20,000 nt of DNA, from positions 4,097,971 to 4,117,970 of the forward strand of contig NC_057754.1 of the NCBI RefSeq assembly GCF_004010195.1. Reading direction: 5' to 3'. The first letter of the stretch is position 1. Each line of letters starts with the position of its first letter. Of the stretch, positions 10,133 to 20,000 are shown in pieces. The notes under the pieces were generated by a model that saw only the letters and a program-made list of their open reading frames with translations, made no database searches and was not told where the DNA came from. A program made the translations under genes and the position numbers. The stretch is from Chiloscyllium plagiosum. Lineage: Eukaryota.

Positions 10133-10637
10133 AGGGATTCAGCAGTGGTAATGCTTTTGACCATAAAAGGGAGATAAATTCTCTCTTGTTGGAAATGGTC
10201 ATCACTTGGCATTTGGTGCAATTGTCACTTGCCAATCGTCAGCCTAAGCCTGGATATTGTCCTGCTCTTGCTTCATTGTCAGAGGAGTCTCAAATGGTGC
10301 TGAATACTATGCAAACATTAACAAAAATGCCCAGTTATGACCTTGTGATAGAGGGAAGGACATTAGTGAAGCTGCTGTCGATGTTTGGGTCTAGGACACC
10401 ACCCTGAGGAACTCTACAGTGATGTCCTTGGACTGAGGTGATTGAGCTCAGAAAACCAAACCTTTATGCGAGGCATGACTTCAACCAGTAGAGAGTTCCC
10501 CTCTAATTCTCGTTGATTTCAGTTCTGCTCGAGCTCCTTGATTCGTAACAATCTACACTGAGTAAAATAATGCCTTGATGTCAAAGGCAGTCACTCTCAC
10601 TTCACCTCTTGACTTCAACTCTTCTGCCCATATTTGG

Positions 10638-10811
10638 GGAGAAAGTGAGGACTGCAGATGCTGGAGATCAGAGCTGAAAATGTGTTGCTGGAAAAGCGCA
10701 GCAGGTCAGGCAGCATCCAAGGAGCAGGAGAATCGGCTCATGCCCGAAACGTCGATTCTCCTGCTCCTTGGATGCTGCCTGACCTGCTGCGCTTTTCCAG
10801 CAACCCATTTT
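10638..10811. mobile_element. Penelope-like insertion with inverted pseudo-LTR arms (foldback) and 16-bp TSD
   Basis: 59-bp inverted arms at 10677-10735 and 10753-10811 with one mismatch. Direct repeat TTCTGCCCATATTTGG at 10622-10637 and 10810-10825. Confidence 0.8.
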
Positions 10812-11109
10812 CTGCCCATATTTGGACCAAGATAAGGACTGAGTGGCCCTGTTGGAACCCAAGTTAAGCATAAGTGAGCAAGTATAAGTGCTGCTTGATA
10901 ACACTGGTGCTGACAATTTCCATTGTCTTGAAGATTGGGAGTAGATTGATGAGGCAGGAATTGTCCTAATTGGATGTTTTTCTGATTCCGCTCAAAAGGA
11001 CCGGGAGACAAAGGATGGAGTATTTATGTTGCAGCTTAATATGCTTTGACCACATTTGAGCACCACATTTTGGAAGTGGCACAACACAGATTCATCAGAA
11101 TGAAAACTC

Positions 11110-11465
11110 AGTCATAGAATCATACAGCACCATGACAGACCCTTCGGTTCAACCAATCCATGCTAAACATAATCCTAAACTAAACTAAACTAGTCCCATC
11201 TGCCTCCTCCTGGCTCATATCCCTCCAAATCTTTCCTATTGATGTACTTTTCCAAATGCCTCTTAAACATTGTAATTTTCCCCATCCACTACTTACTCAG
11301 GAAGTTCATTCCACATGCAAACCACCCTCTGTGGGAAAAAAAAGCCTCTCATGTCTTTTTTAAGCCTCTCTCCTCACTTTAAAAATGTGCCCCCTAGTCT
11401 TGAAATCTCCCATCCCAGGGAAAAAAACACTACCATTAAATCCATTTATACCCCTCATAATTTAG
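11110..11465 (-). mobile_element. CR1-type LINE 3' fragment, nested in an older + strand CR1 remnant (~11000-11840)
   Basis: AGTCATAGAATCATACAGCA tail, then reverse-complement CR1 motifs (TCATTCCACATGCAAACCACCCTCTGTG corresponds to TQRVV.WN-like). Confidence 0.75.
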
Positions 11466-12789
11466 TCAAATGAGTAAAATGATGAGGCTATTATAGAGTT
11501 GGCTTCCAATTCTTTGAACAGAGAAGATTTGAGTGTTTTAAATAACGAAAAGATTTTGAAGGGTCAAACAGGAGAAACAATTGCCTCAAGTAAGATGGTG
11601 TAGTTTTAAAATTAGTCTGTTCAGGATTGATGTCAGGAAGCACTTAGTCAATCAAAAAATGGTGGAAATCTGTTTTCCCAAAACAATGTTGTATGTAGAA
11701 CTCATATAAAAATTTCATGACTGAGAAAGATAGATTTTATTTTGGTTAAAGTATTAATGGTTACAGAACCGAAGCAGGGAATGGAGTCAAGGCATGGATC
11801 AGCATTGATTGTATTGTAACGAGGCTGAAAGACCACCTGTAACCCCATTTTGCTTTTGATGGGATGGTAGAGTATGGATTCTCAATGCCATGCGAACTCA
11901 AATTTCTGATCTTCTGGGTACATGTCTATGTCTTCACCAAAGTGCTTTTCTCTGGTGATTATCATGTGAAAAGCTGCACATGGTAAGATTAGGGCAGGCA
12001 GCTTCATCCTGCGGAGAAGAAACTGATGGCAATGCCTCCTGAGTCATGGAGGGAACAAACTCTGTCAGGATGTACCTTGCTGATTATGAGTCTGCGTCCT
12101 CCATCTCCTTCAATGCTGAAAAAGTACATGCATGTGGATTGCAAATGAGCTGTGATGCACCCCGTGATGGAATAACATATCAGAAGTCTCACACTTCTCT
12201 TAAGATTAAATTATTCTATTTATGAGTAGACGAATGTTCTGAATATGGGTGGGATATGCTAGGCTTCTAGGGAGAAACTAATGATGGGATAATATCACTG
12301 GTGGGGGAGGAATTTTGAGAGGGTCAGGGATTGTGCATGAGGGGGGATAATGTGCCATTATGTATCTGCTAGTTCCTGTTTGATCTTGTCATTTCTCTTT
12401 ATTTTGCAGATGACAATCCAGGAGGGGGATTCACCATCGTGACGATTAACCCTGGTCTCTCTGACTGCAGAGATTAACTGTGATCCCTCTCACCATTGAG
12501 GATTAACTGTGGCCTCATTAACTGATTGGACATTCTCTATACCAATTACTGTGCAATAAACACACTATTCACTCGCTGCACCACACCTCAGTTTCATTCA
12601 GTCTCTTGAACACAATGATTGCAGGTAATTTTTCACCCACTGGATGCATCCCAGCTGGGAAGAAAGGATTAATCTAGAGGTGGTGGTGAGTTTGGAGATG
12701 CAACAATTAACCTTTGGCATCATTGTGAGTTTGGAGCTACCAGGATTAATCTTGGGGTGGGAGTGAGTTTGGAGGTGCATATCAGGCAT

Positions 12790-13105
12790 AAACCATAAGA
12801 CAATATAATAAAGGCGCAGGATTAGACCAGTCTGCTCTGCCACTCAATCATTGCCGATATGTTTCTCAACCCTACTCTGCTGCCTTCTCCCCATGTCCTT
12901 TGATTCCCTTACTAATCAAGAAATTAAACATATGACTAGCAAACGAATTGGCTACAGGAGTAGGACATTTGACCACTCAAGTCCGCTCAATCTCTCAAGA
13001 AGAGCGTGGGGAGACCTAATTACACTAGATTCCTGTCCAGTTCTGACAACCTTTTACCTCTTGGTTTGTCAAGGATTTGTCATTCTTTGCCATTAAAATA
13101 TGATT
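12790..13105 (-). mobile_element. Two short degenerate CR1-type 3' ends
   Basis: 12791-12925 is similar to 2470-2645 (ACCATAAGAC, GTTTCTCAACC, CTTCTCCCC). A second tail begins ACAGGAGTAGGACATT near 12954. Confidence 0.55.
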
Positions 13106-13179
13106 CCAAGCCACCTCTCAGTCAGATGGTCATATATTCCAGAGGACTAAGAAAAAAACCCAGTCCAATGTATCGAGTG

Positions 13180-16100
13180 CAGTAGTGAGTGCGTGCCCAA
13201 CTCATAGAAGATCAGAACTGAGGGATGCCTCACTGTTGAAAGGTCAGTACGGAGTGAGTGCCTCATTGTTGGAAGGTCAGTACGGAGGGAGTGCCTCACT
13301 GCTGGAAGATCAGTACGGAGGGAGTGCCTCACTGTCGGAAAGTCAGTACTGAGGGAGTACCTCACTGTTGGAAGGTCAGTACTGAGGGAGTGCCTCACGG
13401 TTGGAAGGTCAGTACGGAGAGTCCCTCACTTTTGGAAGGTCAGTACGGAGGGAGTGCCTCACTGTTGGAAGGTCAGTACTGAGGGAGTGCCTCACTGTTG
13501 GAAGGTCAGTACGGAGCGAGTGCCTCACTGTCGGAAGGTCAGTACTGAGGGAGTGCCTCACCTTTTGAATGTCAGTACGGAGGGAGTACCTCACTGTTGG
13601 ACGGTCAGTACGGAGGGAGTGCCTCACTGTCGGAATGTCAGTACGGAGGGAGTGCCTCACCTTTGGAAAGTTAGTACAGAGGGAGTGCCTCACTATTGGA
13701 AGGTCAGTACGGAGGAAGTGCCTCACTGTTGGAAGGTCAGTACTGAGGGAGTGCCTCACTATTGGACGGTCAGTACTGAGGGAGTGCCTCACTATTGGAA
13801 AGTCACTAAGGAGGGAGACCCTCACTATTGGAAGGTCAGTACGGAGAGTCCCTCACTGTTGGAAGGTCAGTACAGAGGATTTGCCTCACTATTCGAAGGT
13901 CAGTACGGAGGGAGTCCCTCACCATTGGAAATTCAGTACGGATGGAGAGTCTCACTTTTGGAAGGTCAGTGCGGAGGGAGTGCCTCACGATTGGAAGGTC
14001 AGTACAGAGGGAGTGTCTCACTGTTGGAAGGCCACTACGGAAGATGTGCCTCATTGGTGGAATGTGAGTACAGAGGGAGTACCTCACTGTTGTCAGGTCA
14101 GTATGGAGGGTGTGCCTCAATGTCGGAAGGTCAGTAATGAGGGAGTGCCTCACTGTTGGAAGGTCAGTACAGAGGGAGTGCCTCACTGTCGGATGGTCAG
14201 TATGGATGGAGTGCCTCACTATTGGAAGGTCATTACTGAGAGTCCCTCCCTGTTGGAAGGTCAGTACAGAGGGAATGCCTCACTGTTGGAAGATCAGTAC
14301 TGAGGGAGTGCCTCACTATTAGAAGATCAGTCCTGAGGGAGTGCCTCACTGTTGTCAGGTCAGTACGGAGGGTGTGCCTCATTGTCGGAAGGTCAGTACA
14401 GAGGGAGTGCCTCACTGTCGGATGGTCAGTACGGATGGAGTGCCTCACTATTGGAAGATCAGTACTGAGGGAGTGCCTCACTATTGGATTATCAGTCCTG
14501 AGGGTGTGCCTCAGTATTGGAAGGTCAGTACGGAGGGAGTGCCTCACCTTTGGAAAGTTAGTACAGAGGGAGTGCCTCACTGTCGGAAGGTCAGCAGGGA
14601 GGGAGTGCCTCATTGTTGGAAGGTCAGTAGGAAGGGTGTGCCTCACAATTGGAAGGTCAGTACGGAGGGAGTGCCACACTGTTGGAACGTCAGGATGGAG
14701 GGAGTGCCTCACTGTTGGAATGCCAGTACGGAGAGATTGCCTCTCCTTTGGAAAGTTAGTACAGAGGGAGTGCCTCACTGACGGAAGGTCAGCAGGGAGG
14801 GTGTGTCTCATTATTGGAAGGTCAGTACTGAGGGAGTGTCTCACTGTTGGAAGATCAGTACGGAGGGAGTGCCTCACTGTTGGAAGGTCAGTACGGAGGG
14901 AGTGCCTCACTATTGGAAGGTCAGTATGGAGAGTCCCTCACCGTTGGAAGGTCAGTACGGAGGGAATGCCTGACGGTTGGAAGGTCAGTACGGAGAGTCC
15001 CTCACTGTTGGAAGGTCAGTATGGAGGGAGTGCCTCACTGTTGAAAGGTCAGTACGGAGAGTCCTTCACCTTTGGAATGTCAGTACAGAGGGAGTGCCTC
15101 ACTATTGGAAAGTCACTACGGAGGGGGTCCCTCACTATTGGAAGGTCAGTACGGAGAGTCCCTCACCTTTGGAATGTCAGTACAGAGGATGTGCCTCACT
15201 ATTCGAAGGTCAGTACGGAGGGAGTCCCTCACCATTGGAAATTCAGTACGGATGGAGAGTCTCACTTTTGGAAGGTCAGTGTGGAGGGAATGCCTCACTA
15301 TTGGAAGGTCAGTACAGAGGGAGTGCCTCACTGTTGGAAGGCCACTACGGAAGATATGCCTCATTGTTGGAATGTGAGTACAGAGGGAGTGCCTCACTGT
15401 TGTCAGGTCAGTACGGAGGGTGTGCCTCAATGTCGGAAGGTCAGTACGGAGGGAGTGCCTCACTGTTGGAAGGTCAGTACGGAGGGAGTGCCACACTGTC
15501 GGATGGTCAGTACTGAGGGAGTGCCTCACCTTTGAATGTCAGTACGGCGGGAGTGCCCCACTGTTGTCAGGTCAGTACGGAGGGTATGCCTCATTGTCGG
15601 AAGGTCAGTACGGAGGGAGTGCCTCACTGTTGGAAGGTCAGTAATGAGGAAGTGCCTAACTGTTGGAAGGTCAGTACGGAGGGAGTGCCACACTGTCGGA
15701 TGGTCAGTACTGAGGGAGTGCCTCACCTTTGAATGTCAGTACGGCGGGAGTGCCCCACTGTTGTCAGGTCAGTACGGAGGGTATGCCTCATTGTCGGAAG
15801 GTCAGTACGGATGGAGTGCCTCACAGTCGGAAGGTCAGTACGGATGGAGTGCCTCACTATTGGAAGGTCATTACTGAGAGTCCCTCCCTGTTGGAAGGTC
15901 AGTACGGAGGGAATGCCTCACTGTTCGAAGATCAGTACTGAGGGAGTGCCTAACTATTGGAAGGTCAGTACAGAGCGAGTACTTCCCTCTTGGAAGGTCA
16001 GTACGGAGGGTATTTATCACTATTGGAAGGTAAGTACGTAGGGAGTGCCTCACTGTTGGAAGATCAGTACTGAGGGAGTTCCTCACTATTGGAAGATCAG

Positions 16101-17328
16101 TACGAAGGGAATGCCTGACTGTTGGAAGATCAGTCCTGAGGGAGTGCCTCACTGTTGGAAGATCACTACGAAGGGAATGCCTCACTGTTGGAAGGCCAGT
16201 ACGGAGCGAGTGCCTCACTGTCGGAAGGTCAGTACGGAGCGAGTGCCTCGCTGTCGGAAGGTCAGTACGGAGGGAGTGCCTCACCTTTGGAAAGTTAGTA
16301 CAGAGGGAGTGCCTCACTAGTGGAATGTCAGTACGGAGGGAGTGACTCACTGTTGGAAGGTCAGTACGGAGGGAGTGCCTCACTGTTGGAAGGTCAGTAC
16401 GGAGAGTCCCTCATTGTTGGAAGGTCAGTACGGAGGGAATGCCTCACGGTTGGAAGATCAGTATGGAGGGAATGCCTCACGGTTGGAAGATCAGTATGGA
16501 GGGAGTGCCTCACTGTCAGAAGGTCAGTACGGAGGGAGTGCCTCACTGTCGGAAGGTCAGTACTGAGGGAGTGCCTCACTATTCGAAGGTCAGAACGGAG
16601 GGAGTCCCTCACCATTGGAAATTCAGTACGGATGGAGAGTCTCACTTTTGGAAGGTCAGTGCGGAGGGAGTGCCTCACTATTGGAAGGACAGTACAGAGG
16701 GAGTGCCTCACTGTTGGAAGGCCACTACGGAAGATGTGCCTCATTGTTGGAATGTGAGTACAGAGTGTGTGCCTCACTGTTGTCAGGTCAGTACGGAGGG
16801 TATGCCTCAATGTCGGAAGGTCAGTACGGAGGGAGTGCCTCACTGTCGGAAGGTCAGTACGGAGGGAGTGCCTCACTGTTGGAAGGTCAGTACGGAGGGA
16901 GAGCCTCACTGTCGGATGGTCAGTACTGAGGGAGTGCCTCACCTTTGAATGTCAGTACGGCGGGAGTGCCTCACTGTTGTCAGGTCAGTACGGAGGGTGA
17001 GCCTCATTGTCGGAAGATCAGTACGGAGGGAGTGCCTCACTATTGGAAGGTCATTACTGAGATTCCTTCCCTGTTGGAAGGTCAGTACGGAGTGAATGCC
17101 TCACTGTTGGAAGATCAGTACTGAGGGAGTGCCTAACTGTTGGAAGGTCAGTACAGAGCGAGTGTCTCCCTCTTGGAAGGTCAGTACGTAGGGTGTGCAT
17201 CACTATTGGAAGGTAAGTACGTAGGGTGTGCCTCATTGTTGGAAGATCAGTACTGAGGGAGTGCCTCACTGTTGGAAGATCAGTACGGAGGGAATGCCTC
17301 ACTGTTGGAAGATTAGTACGGAGGGAAT
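13180..17328 (+). repeat. 33-bp tandem repeat array, left block (consensus TCAGTACGGAGGGAGTGCCTCACTGTTGGAAGG)
   Basis: Roughly 125 head-to-tail units with no unique spacers. Includes 31-bp (CAGTACGGAGAGTCCCTCAC) and 32-bp variants. Confidence 0.97.
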
Positions 17329-17554
17329 AGGTTGAAACTTTATTGCTGGAACAGCACAGCAGGTCAGGCAGCATCCAGGGAACAGGAGATTCGACGTTTC
17401 GGGCACAGGCCCTTCTTCAGGAATAAGCAGAGAGTGTTCAGCAGGAGAAGATAAAAGGTAGGGAGGAGGGACTTGGAGGAGGGGCGTTGGAAATGTGATA
17501 GGTGGAAAGAGGTCAAGGTGAGGGTGATAGGTCGGAGTAGGATGGAGGCGGAGA
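17329..17554 (-). mobile_element. Penelope-like element pseudo-LTR fragment abutting the satellite
   Basis: Homologous to the 9972 and 10638 copies. The minus strand has a pyrimidine-rich tract, then a hammerhead motif, then AATAAA (plus-strand TTTATT at 17339-17344). Confidence 0.8.
17389..17424 (-). ncRNA. Minimal type I hammerhead ribozyme motif
   Basis: Minus strand reads AUUC-CUGAAGA-A-GGGC(CUGU)GCCC-GAAAC-GUC-GAAU. It has the CUGANGA and GAAA cores, a 4-bp stem II, a 4-bp stem I (AUUC/GAAU), a loopless palindromic stem III (ACGU) and a GUC cleavage triplet. Confidence 0.78.
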
Positions 17555-17633
17555 ATCCCAGTCTGGTTCACTGTGATCCTGACCTAATTAAATGTGATCC
17601 CAGTCTGCTTTACCGTGATCCTGACCTAACTAT
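17555..17633 (+). repeat. 21-bp minisatellite (42-bp dimer) running into the gap
   Basis: ATCC recurs at 17555, 17576, 17597 and 17618, alternating CAGTCTG and TGACCTAA subunits. Confidence 0.7.
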
Positions 17634-18548
17634 NNNNNNNNNNNNNNNNNNNNNNNNNNNNNNNNNNNNNNNNNNNNNNNNNNNNNNNNNNNNNNNNNNN
17701 NNNNNNNNNNNNNNNNNNNNNNNNNNNNNNNNNNNNNNNNNNNNNNNNNNNNNNNNNNNNNNNNNNNNNNNNNNNNNNNNNNNNNNNNNNNNNNNNNNNN
17801 NNNNNNNNNNNNNNNNNNNNNNNNNNNNNNNNNNNNNNNNNNNNNNNNNNNNNNNNNNNNNNNNNNNNNNNNNNNNNNNNNNNNNNNNNNNNNNNNNNNN
17901 NNNNNNNNNNNNNNNNNNNNNNNNNNNNNNNNNNNNNNNNNNNNNNNNNNNNNNNNNNNNNNNNNNNNNNNNNNNNNNNNNNNNNNNNNNNNNNNNNNNN
18001 NNNNNNNNNNNNNNNNNNNNNNNNNNNNNNNNNNNNNNNNNNNNNNNNNNNNNNNNNNNNNNNNNNNNNNNNNNNNNNNNNNNNNNNNNNNNNNNNNNNN
18101 NNNNNNNNNNNNNNNNNNNNNNNNNNNNNNNNNNNNNNNNNNNNNNNNNNNNNNNNNNNNNNNNNNNNNNNNNNNNNNNNNNNNNNNNNNNNNNNNNNNN
18201 NNNNNNNNNNNNNNNNNNNNNNNNNNNNNNNNNNNNNNNNNNNNNNNNNNNNNNNNNNNNNNNNNNNNNNNNNNNNNNNNNNNNNNNNNNNNNNNNNNNN
18301 NNNNNNNNNNNNNNNNNNNNNNNNNNNNNNNNNNNNNNNNNNNNNNNNNNNNNNNNNNNNNNNNNNNNNNNNNNNNNNNNNNNNNNNNNNNNNNNNNNNN
18401 NNNNNNNNNNNNNNNNNNNNNNNNNNNNNNNNNNNNNNNNNNNNNNNNNNNNNNNNNNNNNNNNNNNNNNNNNNNNNNNNNNNNNNNNNNNNNNNNNNNN
18501 NNNNNNNNNNNNNNNNNNNNNNNNNNNNNNNNNNNNNNNNNNNNNNNN
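17634..18548. other. Assembly gap (915 N)
   Basis: Run of N. Confidence 1.
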
Positions 18549-20000
18549 AGGTCAGTACAGAGGGAATGCCTCACTGTTGGAAGATCAGTACGGAGGGAAT
18601 GCCTCACTGTTGGAAGATCAGTACGGAGGGAGTGCCTCAAGTTTGGAAAGTTAGTACAGAGGGAGTGCCTCACTGTTGGAAGATCAGTACGGAGGGAGTC
18701 CCTCACTGTTGGAAGGTCAGTACGGAGGGAATGCCTCACGGTTGGAGGGTCAGTATGGAGAGTCCCTCACTTTTGGAAGGTCAGTACGGAGGGAGTGCCT
18801 CACTGTTGGAAGGTCAGTACTGAGGGAGTGCCTCACTATTGGACGATCAGTACGGCAGGAGTGCCTCACTATTGGAAAGTCACGAAGGAGGGAGACCCTC
18901 ACTATTGGAAGGTCAGTATGGAGAGTCCCTCACTGTTGGAAGGTCAGTACAGAGGGTGTGGCTCACTATTCAAAGGTCAGTACGGAGGGAGTCCCTCACG
19001 ATTGGAAATTCAGTACGGATGGAGTGTCTCACTTTTGGAAGGTCAGTGTGGAAGGAGTGCCTCACTGTTGGAAGGTCAGTACTGAGGGAGTGCCTCACTA
19101 TTGGAAAGTCACTAAGGATGGAGACCCTCACTATTGGAAGGTCAGTACGGAGAGTCCCTCACTGTTGGAAGGTCAATACAGAGGGAGTACCTCACGAATG
19201 GAAAGTCACTAAGGATGGAGACCCTCACTACTGGAAGGTCAGTACGGAGAGTCCCTCACCATTGGAAATTCAGTTCGGATGGAGAGTCTCACTTTTGGAA
19301 GGTCATTGCGGAGGGTGTGCCTCACAATTGGAAGTTCAGTACAAAGGAAGTGCCTCACTGTTGGAAGGCCACTACGGAAGATGTGCCTCATTGTTGGAAT
19401 GTGAGTACAGAGGGAGTGCCTCGCTGTTGTCAGGTCAGTACGGAGGTGGTGCCTCACTGTTGGAAGGTCAGTAATGAGGGAGTGCCTCACTGTTGGAAGG
19501 TCAGTACGGAGGGAATGCCTCACTGTCGGATGGTCAGGACTGAGGGAGTGCCTCACCTTGGAATGTCAGTACGGTGGGAGTGCCTCACTGTTGTCAGGTC
19601 AGTACGGAGGGTGAGCCTCATTGTCGGAAGGTCAGTACGGAGGGAGTGCCTCACTGTCGGAAGGTCAGTACAGAGGGAGTGCCTCACTATTGGAAGGACA
19701 TTACTGAGAGTCCCTCCCTGTTGGAAGGTCAGTACGGAGGGAATGCCTCACTGTTGGAAGATCAGTACGGAGGGAATGCCTCACTGTTGGAAGATTAGTA
19801 CGGAGGGAATGCCTCACTGTTGGAATATCAGTACGGAGGGAATGCCTCACTGTCGGATGGTCAGGACTGAGGGAGTGCCTCACCTTGGAATGTCAGTACG
19901 GTGGGAGTGCCTCACTGTTGTCAGGTCAGTACGGAGGGTGAGCCTCATTGTCGGAAGGTCAGTACGGAGGGACTGTCGGAAGGTCAGTACAGAGGGAGTG
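18549..20000 (+). repeat. 33-bp tandem repeat array, right block (continues past the window)
   Basis: Same monomer, orientation and diagnostic variants as the left block. Confidence 0.97.

Larger units (their letters stand above)
9325..10975 (-). mobile_element. Degenerate CR1/L2-clade LINE RT region hosting two Penelope-like insertions
   Basis: Minus strand encodes RVPQGGVL near 10391-10415 (GVPQGSVL motif) and VRVTAFDIKA near 10572-10600 (ALDIKAAFD motif). Confidence 0.75.

Noticed and set aside
10677..10811. miRNA precursor or DNA-transposon MITE
   Set aside because: The arms match the hammerhead-bearing Penelope-like copies at 9972 and 17329, are not terminal on the left side, and the 16-bp TSD fits retrotransposition better.
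17473..18739. 393-aa and 369-aa ORFs
   Set aside because: They consist mostly of the N gap.
13147..19883. Many long ORFs with 11-aa repeats (STEGVPHCWKV, VRHSLRTDLPT, LLEGQYGGSAS)
   Set aside because: They arise in multiple frames on both strands because the monomer is 33 bp. The 31/32-bp variants shift frames and stops are scattered. The spacing does not fit C2H2 zinc fingers (28 aa).
13180..20000. CRISPR array
   Set aside because: Units are head-to-tail with no unique spacers, there are no cas genes, and the context is vertebrate.

Overview
Eukaryotic, repeat-rich vertebrate DNA. The repeat families (HE1/V-SINE, Deu-domain SINE, HER1/CR1-type LINE tails, Penelope-like fragments) point to a cartilaginous fish, probably a shark; this is an inference from recalled consensus sequences. 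The first ~7 kb holds the last coding exons and 3' UTR of a SIPA1 (SPA-1, Rap1GAP family) gene on the + strand, with a stop at 5920-5922 and AATAAA at 6874. Positions 7-13 kb are nested LINE/SINE fragments and minisatellites. From ~13180 to the end is a 33-bp tandem array, interrupted by a Penelope-like fragment and a 915-N gap; all long ORFs there are artefacts of the 33-bp period. Three observations stand out. (1) A minimal type I hammerhead ribozyme with an intact core lies at 17389-17424 (- strand) in a Penelope-like pseudo-LTR. (2) A TSD-flanked Penelope foldback insertion at 10638-10811 has an inversion breakpoint at the predicted hammerhead cleavage site. (3) The 33-bp array appears to have expanded from inside a Deu-domain SINE and shows ~1.3-1.4 kb higher-order organisation.
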